The notes: generated by a model from the letters alone, not told the origin. Shown: positions 50,623 through 60,607, counted from the first letter of the stretch. The stretch is DNA of 64,000 nt from Candidatus Pampinifervens sinense (GCA_037927135.1 JAXSPP010000001.1:128001-192000), one strand, 5' to 3'. Numbers and translations are program-made.

Positions 50623-51291
50623 ATGAAGCTTTTTCAAGAGTTGGAAGAAACAAAAGGATTGGTTCTTAAGATGGCTGGGCTTGTAAAGGAAGCGGTGGAT
50701 AAGGCCATAGAGTCTCTCAACAAACAAGATGTGGGGCTTGCAGAAGAGATTATAAAGGGTGATGACCAGATAGACCAGCTGGAGGTGGAGATAGAAAGAA
50801 GGTGTATAAGGATGATAGCCCTCTACCAGCCGGAGGCTGTAGACCTAAGGCTAATAATGGGTATGTATAAGATAGTCTCGGACCTTGAGAGGATAGGGGA
50901 TGAGGCGGAAAACATAGCAGAAAGGTCCATACTCCTTGCCCAAGAGCCACCCCTAAAGCCCTACGTGAACCTTACCCTTATGGCATCCAACGTAAAGAGC
51001 ATGATAGAGGATGCGGTCCTTTCCTTTTTCCAAAGGGATGTGGAGCTTGCAAAGAAGGTTATAGAAAGGGATGATATGGTGGATGAGCTATACCATCAGG
51101 TCCAAAGGGAGCTTATAACCTACATGCTTGAGGACCCAAGGAACATAAAGAGGTCCATACACCTCTCCTTTGTGGCAAGGCACTTTGAAAGGATGGCGGA
51201 CCACGCGGAGAACATAGCGGAGATGACCATCTACTGGTCCGAGGGCGAAGTGGTAAAGCACCAACACATTAAGGATAAGGAAATGCATTGA
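50623..51291 (+). CDS. phoU: Phosphate signaling protein PhoU
   Basis: QP.A.DLR, DLERIGD.A.NIA and ERMADHA.NIAE motifs. Confidence 0.96.
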   Translation: MKLFQELEETKGLVLKMAGLVKEAVDKAIESLNKQDVGLAEEIIKGDDQIDQLEVEIERRCIRMIALYQPEAVDLRLIMGMYKIVSDLERIGDEAENIAERSILLAQEPPLKPYVNLTLMASNVKSMIEDAVLSFFQRDVELAKKVIERDDMVDELYHQVQRELITYMLEDPRNIKRSIHLSFVARHFERMADHAENIAEMTIYWSEGEVVKHQHIKDKEMH

Positions 51292-53000
51292 GGCTTTATG
51301 TAGCCTTTGCCCTATTCCTTTTAGCCTTTCTTTTAATAAACATAGCCTTCCTTGACAACCTTAGAAAAATCTGGAACATAAGCTACCCCCTTGTCCTTCT
51401 TGTGATAAACCTTGACCTTCTTGTTTTGTTTATTGTCTTTATAATATTCTTTAGAAAGTTTATAAAGGCTTACCTTGCTGGAAAAAGAGAACCTTTAAGA
51501 AAAAAACTTTCCACAAGCCTCATGCTTTATATCATCACACCTCTTATCTTCCTTAACTTGGCCACGGCGGTAATCTTGCTTCAATCTACAAAATCCTTTG
51601 TAAGCGGACAGCTAAAGGAGGTAGCAAAAAAATCCGAAAACCTTAGCATCTTAATTCAAGAGGAGGAGTTAAAGAGAGCACAAGCCTATAGAGATATGTT
51701 TGTTTTGTTAAAAAATAATGGCTTGGTGGAAAGCTTTAAAGGGCTAAAAGGTGTAAAAGGTGTGATTGAGGACCCAAACTGTAAAGAGGCCATAGGAGAA
51801 GATAGCATAAGCCTGTGTGTGGATGGCTATCGCCTTGTGCTTTCAAGGGAACACAGGGCCGTAGGCCTAATAGAGGATATAAAAAGAATATCCACAGAGC
51901 TTAGGAACATGGTCAAGGCAAGGGATATTATAGGTGGCATATATGTGTATTTCCTTGTGCTTGCTGGCTTTCTGTCCTTTTTGTCCGCCGTATGGTTTGG
52001 GAACCTTATAGCAAGGCATATTAGCCTACCCCTTGAAAAGCTAACTCAAAAGGCAAGGGAGATAGCCAAGGGAAACTTTGACGTTAACGTAGAAGTTCCA
52101 CAGACTGGCGATGAGGTCCAAGAGCTTGGCATAGGCTTTTTAACCATGAAGGAAGAGCTAAAGAAACTCTATCAAAGACTCAATAAAGAAAAAGAGATGC
52201 TTGTTCAGCTTTTTAATGCTCTGCCAGTGGGTATTGTTTTCCTTTCAAGGGATGGAGAAAGGTTCCAAAACAGGGCCTATGAGGAGCTTTCAAGAAAGGC
52301 AAGCGTGAGGGAAAGTACCATAGAGTTGGATATAGGCAGGGTGATAGTGTATGAGGATCTTGAGACCCTTATATTGGCAGAGAGGTTCAAAACATGGCAG
52401 ATGGCCGTAAAGAGGATAGCCCATGAGATAAAAAACCCGCTCACACCCATAAGCCTAAACCTGGAAAGGCTAATAAGGTCCTTGGAGAGGGGGCAGTGTG
52501 ATATGGAAAAGGTCGCCCAGATGGCCAGCATCATACTTGAGGAGCTTGAAAGGATAAAGAGAACCATAGACCAGTTTAGAAGCCTTTCGGTGGAGGTAGA
52601 GCCAAACTTCAAAGAGCTTGAGCTTGGAGACCTTATAAGGCAGGTGGCAAGCATATACGAAGGTATAAGGATAGAAGTGGAAGGAAATCTAAGGGTTATG
52701 GGGGATGAGAGGCTTTTAAGGGATATGTTTTTTAACCTTTTTAACAACAGTCTTGAATGGGGTGCAAGGAATGTGTGGGTTGAACTAAGGGAGGATAGCA
52801 TGGTCTACAGGGATGATGGGCCGGGAATAGAGGAGGGCAAAGAGGAGATAATCTTTTTGCCTTACCATTCGGAGAACCCAAAGGGCATGGGCTTGGGCCT
52901 TGCCATAGTAAAACACATAGCCGAACTGCATGGTTGGAGGGTAAAGGCTATGGCCCAAAGGGAAGGCTTTTATTTGCTGTTTGAACTAAGACCAAGGTAG
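51288..53000 (+). CDS. NtrY-like HAMP sensor histidine kinase
   Basis: TM helices, HAMP, W...KRIAHEIKNPLTPI H-box, DDGPGI and GMGLGL motifs. Confidence 0.9.
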   Translation: MRLYVAFALFLLAFLLINIAFLDNLRKIWNISYPLVLLVINLDLLVLFIVFIIFFRKFIKAYLAGKREPLRKKLSTSLMLYIITPLIFLNLATAVILLQSTKSFVSGQLKEVAKKSENLSILIQEEELKRAQAYRDMFVLLKNNGLVESFKGLKGVKGVIEDPNCKEAIGEDSISLCVDGYRLVLSREHRAVGLIEDIKRISTELRNMVKARDIIGGIYVYFLVLAGFLSFLSAVWFGNLIARHISLPLEKLTQKAREIAKGNFDVNVEVPQTGDEVQELGIGFLTMKEELKKLYQRLNKEKEMLVQLFNALPVGIVFLSRDGERFQNRAYEELSRKASVRESTIELDIGRVIVYEDLETLILAERFKTWQMAVKRIAHEIKNPLTPISLNLERLIRSLERGQCDMEKVAQMASIILEELERIKRTIDQFRSLSVEVEPNFKELELGDLIRQVASIYEGIRIEVEGNLRVMGDERLLRDMFFNLFNNSLEWGARNVWVELREDSMVYRDDGPGIEEGKEEIIFLPYHSENPKGMGLGLAIVKHIAELHGWRVKAMAQREGFYLLFELRPR

Positions 53001-53458
53001 GGAAGGATTTGAACGACCCTTATAAGATGGTTTTCCCATATTACTTCTAACTCCTCCATAACGGCCTTCTCCTGTTCCTCTGGAGGAAGCTTTTTAAAAC
53101 TTTCCGACTTTACACCCCTTTCGTGCAAAAGCAAAGGCACAAAAACCTTACCTATGGCATAGAAGGCAAAGGAGAGTTCTATGTCCGAAAGCTGTGGAAA
53201 GCCGTTAAAGGTTTTGTATGTCTTTATACCAGCCCAATTGGTCCAATATCTTACTTCTGGGTCTTCCACCCTTTTCTCATAGCCTCCCACATACATGGAA
53301 AGAAGGGCCTTCAAAAGCCTCTCATCAAGGTCTGTATACTTATCCTTTAAGTCTTCTGCAAGCCTCCTTATCTCCTCCGAGTTTATTTTGTTATAGTCCT
53401 TTAAAAACTGTTCTTTCCAATTTTCGTATCTTAGGAACTCTTTATGAGGAAGGTTCAA
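52970..53458 (-). CDS. Hypothetical protein
   Basis: Likely TTG start 53458 (GGAGG SD, TTGA overlap with the upstream stop); the ORF track's N-terminal extension is probably spurious. Confidence 0.7.
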   Translation of the reverse strand: MNLPHKEFLRYENWKEQFLKDYNKINSEEIRRLAEDLKDKYTDLDERLLKALLSMYVGGYEKRVEDPEVRYWTNWAGIKTYKTFNGFPQLSDIELSFAFYAIGKVFVPLLLHERGVKSESFKKLPPEEQEKAVMEELEVIWENHLIRVVQILPYLGLSSNSK

Positions 53459-54024
53459 CCTGTTTCCTCCGATTTTTCGTACTGAGGACAATCTAAGGTG
53501 GCTGGGTCCACATCCGGTATTATCTCTTTTGTATCCGTATGATAGCCACAGACAAAGCATTCTATGGAAACAGCATAACCCACATGAGCATGGCCTATAT
53601 CCCATCCACAGAGAGGACACTCTCCCTCACCAGCTTTTAAAAGATCCATAAGCCTGTTGCCGTTCTTTAAAGACCTTTGTATGGATTTAATACGGTCTAT
53701 GGCTCTTTGCACCTCATCGCTGTTCCACTCTGAACCACATTCAAGACACCTATACTCTGCATAGCTTCCTTCCTTTATAAGCCTTATGACCTTTGAAGAA
53801 CCACACCTATCATCTATGCATACCTCTCCTATAAGCTTTCTTCCCAGCTTATCCAGTATGTTTTTAAAGTCTTCTGAAGTTAGCCTCATTGGCACATCAT
53901 AAGCCTTATAGCCACAGCATTGGCATTCTGCTTCCACCCTTGGGTATGGCTCATCATACTCGCAGACCATTAGAGCTATCCTTTTACAATAAGGACATAG
54001 TTCAAGGTGTGCAATACATACCAT
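53455..54024 (-). CDS. Cys-rich multi-zinc-ribbon hypothetical protein
   Basis: CPYC, CQCC, CIDDRC, CLEC, CPLC and CFVC pairs; AGGAGG SD. Confidence 0.8.
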   Translation of the reverse strand: MVCIAHLELCPYCKRIALMVCEYDEPYPRVEAECQCCGYKAYDVPMRLTSEDFKNILDKLGRKLIGEVCIDDRCGSSKVIRLIKEGSYAEYRCLECGSEWNSDEVQRAIDRIKSIQRSLKNGNRLMDLLKAGEGECPLCGWDIGHAHVGYAVSIECFVCGYHTDTKEIIPDVDPATLDCPQYEKSEETG

Positions 54025-54026
54025 GC

Positions 54027-54725
54027 CTAACCTCCTTTAAACCTAAAGGTTATTATACCCGTTTGAACAATATTATCCTTTATAGGCTCAAATTTAATAC
54101 CTTTTACAAAGTTAAGCATCATCTGGTCTACTAGAGGAGACCCACTCCTCTGAACTATCTGAGCCTTTGATACCACTCCAGAAGGCTCCACCCATATCCT
54201 AATCTTTAGCACGCTCAAAGGCTCATCTGAAACCACTTTGGGCAACGGTGGAATATATATTGCAGACCTTCCACCTCCAGAAAGACCTATACCGCTTGGA
54301 GAGACAAGGGCCACTATATCACCAAGCTCGGAGGTTTTTATGCCTTCTTCTTTCACTTCCCTTTGCCTTCCTTTTATCCTCCGTTCTATATCCTGAAGCA
54401 AGGAAGGCTCTTCCTTTGGCACACCACTTGGCACCTGCACATCTCCCCTATCTCTATCAACCTGCACAGGCGATGCACTTATCTTTTCCATCCCCTTCTT
54501 TAAAGTTCCTTCACCTTCCTTAAGTCTTTGGCCAACCGATGGCCTTTCACGTACCAGCTTTACTTCTTCTACCTTTGGTATATCCTCCAAATATACCTGT
54601 AATGGTGGCCTTGGTGACCTCTCCGCTTTTACAAAGAGGTAGAGGGAGAGGAGAGTAAAGATTAAAAGGTTTATGGTAAAAGATATACTAAGATAGAGAA
54701 GGTCTTCTAGCCTTTTCTCAATCAT
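54027..54725 (-). CDS. TonB-family C-terminal domain protein
   Basis: N-terminal TM, linker, then V.PSG.V....I..RSG..LVD....V...KFEP. Confidence 0.75.
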   Translation of the reverse strand: MIEKRLEDLLYLSISFTINLLIFTLLSLYLFVKAERSPRPPLQVYLEDIPKVEEVKLVRERPSVGQRLKEGEGTLKKGMEKISASPVQVDRDRGDVQVPSGVPKEEPSLLQDIERRIKGRQREVKEEGIKTSELGDIVALVSPSGIGLSGGGRSAIYIPPLPKVVSDEPLSVLKIRIWVEPSGVVSKAQIVQRSGSPLVDQMMLNFVKGIKFEPIKDNIVQTGIITFRFKGG

Positions 54726-54755
54726 CAATTTTAAATTATAATAGGCCACTGAAGG

Positions 54756-55808
54756 ATGAAAGTCTTTGTATCCAGTGGAGGAACGGGAGGCCATTTCTTT
54801 CCAGCCTTAGCCCTAATAGAATGCCTTCTTCAGCGATCAATAAGCTCCATATTTATAGGTTCAAAAAGGGGTATAGAATACACCCTCAAAGAGAAAATAC
54901 CTGTAGAGAGCTTTTTTGTTCCATCCTATCCCTTTATGGGAAAGGGCATAAAGGAGAAGCTTTTGGCCATACTTAAAAACCTCTCAGGGTCTTGCATGGT
55001 AGCCAAGCTCATAAGTAAAAGGGATATAGGCATCATATTTGGAGGATATGCAAGCGTACCTCTAGGACTCTCCATACTCCTAAAGAGGGCTCTGTTATAC
55101 ATCCATGAGCAAAACTCCATACCTAGCCAAACCAATAGAATCTTTTCAAAGTATGCAAAAAAAGTATTCATAACCTTTGAATATTCAAGAAGGTTCTTTC
55201 CGGCTTATAAAACGGTAAAAACTGGCTTACCTGTAAGGAAAAGCCTTATTGAAGGTTTAAAGCTAAGTAGGGAGGAGGCACTAAGGGCCTTGGGCCTTGA
55301 AAACAAGCCCACTCTTCTTATTATGGGAGGAAGTCAAGGAGCACACTTTTTGAATCAACTGGCAAAGGAGATCTTTTTAAGAACAGGATGGCAAGGTATA
55401 CACATTTCAGGAGATAAGGATTTTGAGCATTTAAAGGAGTTTTATAAGGAAAAGAAACTTAATGTCCTCCTTCTAAGTTTTAGCCACCATATGCACCTTG
55501 TATATAAGGCAAGCACGATAGCTATAAGCAGGAGTGGGGCTAGCTCCATAACGGAGCTCTCTCTCTATGGCATACCTTCCCTCTTTATACCTTTTCCTTA
55601 CGCAGTGCATGACCATCAGTTTTATAACGCAAAGGAGATAGAGGATATGGGGGGAGGTATTACACTAAGGCAGGAGGATGCTTATGTTGATAGAGTTATG
55701 AAGGCATTGGATAAGCTTTTGGAAAACTACGAATACTACTCAAAAAATATATCTCTTTTTGCCAATCCTCTTGCCTGTGATGAGATAGTAAAGTATCTTT
55801 TTATTTAA
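54756..55808 (+). CDS. murG: UDP-GlcNAc:lipid I GlcNAc transferase
   Basis: GGTGGH, GGYAS, HEQN, GGSQGA and HQ.YNA motifs. Confidence 0.96.
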   Translation: MKVFVSSGGTGGHFFPALALIECLLQRSISSIFIGSKRGIEYTLKEKIPVESFFVPSYPFMGKGIKEKLLAILKNLSGSCMVAKLISKRDIGIIFGGYASVPLGLSILLKRALLYIHEQNSIPSQTNRIFSKYAKKVFITFEYSRRFFPAYKTVKTGLPVRKSLIEGLKLSREEALRALGLENKPTLLIMGGSQGAHFLNQLAKEIFLRTGWQGIHISGDKDFEHLKEFYKEKKLNVLLLSFSHHMHLVYKASTIAISRSGASSITELSLYGIPSLFIPFPYAVHDHQFYNAKEIEDMGGGITLRQEDAYVDRVMKALDKLLENYEYYSKNISLFANPLACDEIVKYLFI

Positions 55809-55830
55809 ATTCAAAAAAAGGAGGGAAGAT

Positions 55831-56715
55831 ATGGAGGTTAGAAAGGCTGTGCTACCGGTTGCTGGATGGGGGACTAGGTTTCTACCAGCCACTAAAGCCA
55901 TGCCTAAGGAGATGTTCCCCATAATAGACAAACCTGTTATCCAGTTTATAGTGGAGGAGTGTCTTGATGCAGGTATTGAAAACATAATTTTTGTTACAGG
56001 AAGGCATAAAAGACCTATTGAACATCACTTTGATATTAACACAGATCTGGAAAAGCATCTGGAAAGTTGCGGGAAAATGGACCTTTTGAAGAACATTATG
56101 GAAATAAGCAGGCTTATAAATCCTATATATATAAGGCAAAAGGAACAACTAGGTCTAGGCCATGCAGTTTTAGTAGCAGAGCCTGTGGTAGGCTACGAAC
56201 CATTTATAGTATGCTTAGGTGATGTGATACTTAAAGATGAGGAAAATGTTTTAAATAAAATGATGGAGGTTTATAAAAGGTTTGGCAAGAGTGTGGTGGC
56301 AGTTTTTGAGGTGGAAGAAAAAGATGTTTCCAAATATGGAATAATAAGCGGAAGGTACATAGAAAAGGATATATACATAATTGATGACTTAATTGAAAAG
56401 CCTAAGCCTGAAGAGGCTCCTTCAAGGCTTGCAATAGTAGGAAGGTATCTATTTACACCAAGGATATTTGATAAGCTAAAGATTACACCACCTGGTAAGG
56501 GTGGAGAGATACAGCTTACTGATGCCATAAAGCTACTCCTTGAGGATGAAGCCGTGTATGCAATAAAGATTAATTCAAAGGTCTACGATACGGGAACTCC
56601 CTTAGGCTATATACAAACCATACTTGACTTTGCCCTTCAGAGAGAGGACCTGAGGGAGGACCTTATGAGGTACTTAAGGAGCCTCATCTGGGAAACCTCA
56701 CCTATGCAGGAGTGA
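55831..56715 (+). CDS. galU: UTP-glucose-1-phosphate uridylyltransferase
   Basis: AGWGTRFLPATK..PKEM, LGLGHA and GEIQLTDA motifs. Confidence 0.96.
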   Translation: MEVRKAVLPVAGWGTRFLPATKAMPKEMFPIIDKPVIQFIVEECLDAGIENIIFVTGRHKRPIEHHFDINTDLEKHLESCGKMDLLKNIMEISRLINPIYIRQKEQLGLGHAVLVAEPVVGYEPFIVCLGDVILKDEENVLNKMMEVYKRFGKSVVAVFEVEEKDVSKYGIISGRYIEKDIYIIDDLIEKPKPEEAPSRLAIVGRYLFTPRIFDKLKITPPGKGGEIQLTDAIKLLLEDEAVYAIKINSKVYDTGTPLGYIQTILDFALQREDLREDLMRYLRSLIWETSPMQE

Positions 56716-56734
56716 AAATGGTATAATCTATTCC

Positions 56735-57625
56735 ATGTTTTACGGATCAATAGTGGCCCTCATAACCCCCTTCAAGAATGGAGAGGTAGATTTTAAGGCC
56801 CTTGAAAACCTTATAGACTTCCATGTAAACAACCATACAGATGCCATACTTGTTTGCGGGACCACTGGAGAGGCACCAACCTTGACCTTTGAGGAACATG
56901 AAAAGGTCATTGAACATGCGGTAAACTATGCTAAAGGAAGGATAAAGGTGATTGCAGGAACTGGAGCGAACGCTACCCACGAAGCCATAGAGCTAACATA
57001 CCATGCTAAAAAGGTAGGTGCTGATGCATGCCTTCTTGTAGTTCCCTATTACAATAAACCCACACAGGAAGGCCTTTATCAACACTTCAAAACGGTAGCT
57101 GAAGAGGTTGATATACCAATAATCCTTTACAACATACCTTCCAGAACGGGTGTGGAAATAGCACCAGAAACCATATATAGGCTTGTAAAGGAATGCCCTA
57201 ACATCATAGGATCTAAAGAATCTACTCCAAACATGGACAGAATATCTGAACTAAGGAGACTCTTAGGGGAAAACTTTACCATACTCTCTGGAGACGATTC
57301 TCTCACTTTACCTATGATGGCCTTAGGTGCCAAGGGTGTCATATCTGTGGCAAACAACATAATGCCAAGGGAAGTAAAGACCATGGTGGATTATGCCTTA
57401 AAGGGTGATTTTCAAAAGGCGAGGGAGATGCACTACTACCTTTTTGATCTCTTTAAGATACTTTTTATTGAGACCAATCCTATACCTGTAAAAACAGCCT
57501 GCTGGGCCCTTGGCATGTGTGAAAAGGAGTTTAGACTTCCTCTGTGCCCTATGAAGCCGGAAAATGAGAAAAGGCTTCTTCAGGTGCTAAAGGCATACAA
57601 CCTTCCTGTGGTTAGAGATGGGTAA
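56735..57625 (+). CDS. dapA: 4-hydroxy-tetrahydrodipicolinate synthase
   Basis: GTTGE, PYYNKP, YNIP.RT and NPIPVK motifs. Confidence 0.97.
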   Translation: MFYGSIVALITPFKNGEVDFKALENLIDFHVNNHTDAILVCGTTGEAPTLTFEEHEKVIEHAVNYAKGRIKVIAGTGANATHEAIELTYHAKKVGADACLLVVPYYNKPTQEGLYQHFKTVAEEVDIPIILYNIPSRTGVEIAPETIYRLVKECPNIIGSKESTPNMDRISELRRLLGENFTILSGDDSLTLPMMALGAKGVISVANNIMPREVKTMVDYALKGDFQKAREMHYYLFDLFKILFIETNPIPVKTACWALGMCEKEFRLPLCPMKPENEKRLLQVLKAYNLPVVRDG

Positions 57626-58010
57626 ATTCCTTCTTTTTATAAACTCAGCCTACCTTGGCCTAGGTTCCTTCTTCAGCTTCTTTGTGGCTCCTACCCTTTT
57701 TAGGGTCCTCCAAAAAGATCAAGCCGGTGCAGTAGTAGAAAGGGTCTTTCCCGTGTATTTCAGTATTGGCCTGCTAATCTCCTTTATAACCCTTATCTTA
57801 GGCTATAGGCTTGGAAAGCTTATAGCTCTTTTAGCCTCCCTTAGCCTTCTTCTTCACGCGATCCACATCTTTTATATACTACCAAAAGCCCATACTCTAA
57901 AGCTTGTAGATTATGATGCTTTTATGAAATGGCATGGTGTCTCCATGGGTATAAACCTCCTCAGTCTTCTCTTAATTTTTTTCCTGTGTGTGCTTTTGAT
58001 GAAAAGATGA
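57618..58010 (+). CDS. DUF4149 membrane protein
   Basis: F..AP.LF..L....AG......FP.YF and F..WHG.S...N motifs. Confidence 0.8.
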   Translation: MGKFLLFINSAYLGLGSFFSFFVAPTLFRVLQKDQAGAVVERVFPVYFSIGLLISFITLILGYRLGKLIALLASLSLLLHAIHIFYILPKAHTLKLVDYDAFMKWHGVSMGINLLSLLLIFFLCVLLMKR

Positions 58011-58381
58011 TTGAGCTAAGGCTTTCTTTGCTTCCTGTTCCAAAGAGCAATCGGTATATAAGGAGGAAAGGGGGAAAGGTTTTTAAGCCACCGAGGGTGA
58101 AAAACTGGGAAGTGAGGGCCTTGTGGGAGATAAAGGAACAGTACAAAGGAGAGCCTCTTGAAGGAAAGCTATCTGTTTATGTAGAACTTGTGCTTCCAAA
58201 CCACAGGAGAAGGGACATAGACAATATGTTAAAAAGCCTTTGGGACATTTTGGAGAAGGGTGGAGTTATTAAAAACGACAGCCAAATATATGAAGTAAGA
58301 ACTATAAAAAGGGTTATAAAGGGCCAGCAAGGCACAATCGTGCGTATAGGAGAGTTTAAAGATGCCGTTGAGGGTGCTTGA
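58007..58381 (+). CDS. rusA: RusA-family Holliday junction resolvase
   Basis: P.SN, RRRDIDNMLK.L.D and D.QI motifs; ATGA overlap at 58007. Confidence 0.9.
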   Translation: MIELRLSLLPVPKSNRYIRRKGGKVFKPPRVKNWEVRALWEIKEQYKGEPLEGKLSVYVELVLPNHRRRDIDNMLKSLWDILEKGGVIKNDSQIYEVRTIKRVIKGQQGTIVRIGEFKDAVEGA

Positions 58382-58988
58382 TAATCCACTTTTGAGGCAC
58401 AAGCTAAATACAATAAGGGACAAAAGAACACCACCAGAAAGGCTAAGAAGTCTTGTGGAAGAGCTAACCTTAATGTGTATGCCCTACTTGATGGAAGAGG
58501 CACCCATTAGGAACGAAAGAATAGAAACTCCTTTGGAAGAGAGTATTTTTGAGTTTGTTGAAGAAGAAAAAATTGTGCTTCTGTGCATACTTAGGGCTGG
58601 CATGCCCATGCTAAACGGAGCTTTAAGAGCCTTTCCAAGGGCAAAGGCAGGCTTTTTGGCCATAAGGAGGAATGAAGAAAGCCTAAGGCCCACACTGTAT
58701 TACAAAAGGATTCCAGACATAAAGGACAAATGGATTATAGTGCTTGACCCCATGCTGGCAACGGGCGGCACTTTGAGTATGGCTTTGGAGGAGATAAAAG
58801 CAGAAAGGCCTGAAAGGATATTCTCTTTGAACTTGGTGGCTTCTCCAGAGGGGATAGAAAAGGTGCTTTCTTTACATCCAGATGTGAACCTGTTTGTTGT
58901 AAGCGTAGATAGAGGGCTAAACCAAAAGGGCTACATAGTGCCGGGCGTAGGAGATATGGGCGATAGGCTTTTTACTGAATATCCTTAA
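58362..58988 (+). CDS. upp: Uracil phosphoribosyltransferase
   Basis: ILRAG, DPMLATGG and GYIVPG.GD.GDR motifs. Confidence 0.96.
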   Translation: MPLRVLDNPLLRHKLNTIRDKRTPPERLRSLVEELTLMCMPYLMEEAPIRNERIETPLEESIFEFVEEEKIVLLCILRAGMPMLNGALRAFPRAKAGFLAIRRNEESLRPTLYYKRIPDIKDKWIIVLDPMLATGGTLSMALEEIKAERPERIFSLNLVASPEGIEKVLSLHPDVNLFVVSVDRGLNQKGYIVPGVGDMGDRLFTEYP

Positions 58989-60366
58989 TATACTCCGTTG
59001 GGTCCAAAGGAATACCTTCCTTGTTTCTTATTTCAAACCTTAGCATACACTCATCGGAGTTGTTCTTTTTGCCCACCTTTGCTATGGTTTGCCCTTTGCT
59101 TACCCTTTCTCCCCTTTTGACAAGGTTTGTCTCATTGTAAGCGTACAAGGATATAAAATTATCATGCTCAATTATAACCATATTTCCATAAGCCTGTAGA
59201 TCCCCACCGCTGTATATCACTCTACCATCCTCTACAGCTTTTACCGGTGCAGAACATGGTGCATGTATTTCCACACCTTTTGGCACTCTTGATATCTTAC
59301 CTTCTACTGGCGGTAGTATATTGAAGTTTCTTGGTAAGCTTGCGTTTGTCCTATTATTCTCCTTCTCTAAGTCCTTGACAATATACTTGTCCTCCTTATT
59401 TCTTTCATCCTTTCTGGGCATCTCCCCTTTGGAAGCCACCTCTTGCTTCGGTATTTTTACCTTCGTTCCAGCCTTTAACAATTTGCCTTTTAATTCTGGG
59501 TTAAGCTTTTCAAGTTCCTTTAAAGGCACTCCCGTGGCCCTTGCCACATCCCTTAGCCTTCCGCTACGTTTAACGGTGTAAAAGTCATAATTGCCTTCCT
59601 CCTTTGTCCTTTTTGCCTCTTTGACGGGTATTTTCACCTTGGTCCCTGGAGGGAGCCATTTGTCCTTAAGGTCTGGGTTTAGCCTTTCAAGTTCCTTTAA
59701 AGATGTGCCGGTAGCCTTTGCCACATGTTCAAGCTTAGCACCCTTTTTAACCGTGTAAAAGGTATAGCCTTTTTCCTTTATGTCTTCATCCGATTTTGCT
59801 TCCAAGGAACCCTTTGGCACTTTTACCTTTGTGCCAGCCTTGAGCCATTTATCTTTCAATTCTGGGTTAAGCTTTTCAAGTTCTTTTAAAGGCACTCCCG
59901 TGGCCTTTGCTACATCTTTTAGCCTTCCACCGCGCTTAACTGTATAAAATTCAAAGTTAGACTCTTCTCTCCTTCCCTTTGAAATGGCTCCTCTGGCAGG
60001 TATCTTTATCTTTTGCCCTTCCACAATCCTGTCATCTTTTAAACCGTTAAACTCCTTCAAAGTTTCCACATCCACACCAAAGCTTTCCGCTATCTTTTGA
60101 AGAGTGTCTCCCTTTTTAACCTCATATATAGCATACTTTTCTGATGTGGCCTTTTTTGCGCTTTTGACAGGTATACATAGCTTTTGACCCACTTTAAGCT
60201 GTTTTTCATCTATGTTTTTGTTAGCTTTTTTGAGGCTTTCAAGGCTTACGCCTTCCCTTTTGGCTATCTTCTCTAATGTGTCCCCTTTCTTTACTGTATA
60301 ATCCTTACATTCAAAGGCAAAGGTAAAGCTAAGGCTAATACCTAATAGTAAAATCCCTTTCTTCAT
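58972..60366 (-). CDS. Multi-LysM protein with degenerate M23 domain (NlpD-like)
   Basis: Signal peptide, five LysM repeats, YGN.VIIEH M23 domain lacking HxxxD and HxH. Confidence 0.88.
   Translation of the reverse strand: MKKGILLLGISLSFTFAFECKDYTVKKGDTLEKIAKREGVSLESLKKANKNIDEKQLKVGQKLCIPVKSAKKATSEKYAIYEVKKGDTLQKIAESFGVDVETLKEFNGLKDDRIVEGQKIKIPARGAISKGRREESNFEFYTVKRGGRLKDVAKATGVPLKELEKLNPELKDKWLKAGTKVKVPKGSLEAKSDEDIKEKGYTFYTVKKGAKLEHVAKATGTSLKELERLNPDLKDKWLPPGTKVKIPVKEAKRTKEEGNYDFYTVKRSGRLRDVARATGVPLKELEKLNPELKGKLLKAGTKVKIPKQEVASKGEMPRKDERNKEDKYIVKDLEKENNRTNASLPRNFNILPPVEGKISRVPKGVEIHAPCSAPVKAVEDGRVIYSGGDLQAYGNMVIIEHDNFISLYAYNETNLVKRGERVSKGQTIAKVGKKNNSDECMLRFEIRNKEGIPLDPTEYIKDIQ
59455..59950. 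repeat. Three intragenic DNA repeats encoding LysM modules 3-5
   Basis: TTCTGGGTTAAGCTTTTCAAGTTC..TAAAGGCACTCCCGTGGCC recurs near 59494 and 59860, with a more diverged copy near 59672. Confidence 0.8.
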
Positions 60367-60607
60367 CCCTTGGCACCTCCTTTAGGACCTCCATGCGGTC
60401 TACCCTTCCCGCAGGAGGACCTTTAAAAAGTTCTTTTAAGAAAGCCCACACTACCTCTTCATCCCCCTGAACAAAGACCTCTACCCTACCATCGGGCAAG
60501 TTTTTTACCCAACCTGCAAGGCCATAGCTGTTGGCAAGCCTCTTTGTAAAGGCCCTATAGCCCACCCCCTGTACTATACCACTGACATAGACCCTGTAGG
60601 CTACCAT
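60335..60607 (-). CDS. acyP: Acylphosphatase
   Basis: G.VQGVGYR and GWVKN..DGRVE motifs. Confidence 0.95.
   Translation of the reverse strand: MVAYRVYVSGIVQGVGYRAFTKRLANSYGLAGWVKNLPDGRVEVFVQGDEEVVWAFLKELFKGPPAGRVDRMEVLKEVPRDEERDFTIRY

Noticed and set aside
53459-53620. Cys-rich N-terminal extension of ORF 52970..53620 in the ORF track
   Set aside because: It is an out-of-frame overlap with the zinc-ribbon gene; an SD and TTG at 53458 give a better start.
58007-58381. rusA as a prophage marker
   Set aside because: It is embedded and translationally coupled in the dapA-DUF4149-rusA-upp run, and a chromosomal RusA is known in Aquifex.
59455-59950. Repeated ~60-90 bp units as a possible CRISPR or other array
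   Set aside because: They are in-frame LysM-coding repeats with no spacer structure and no cas genes.
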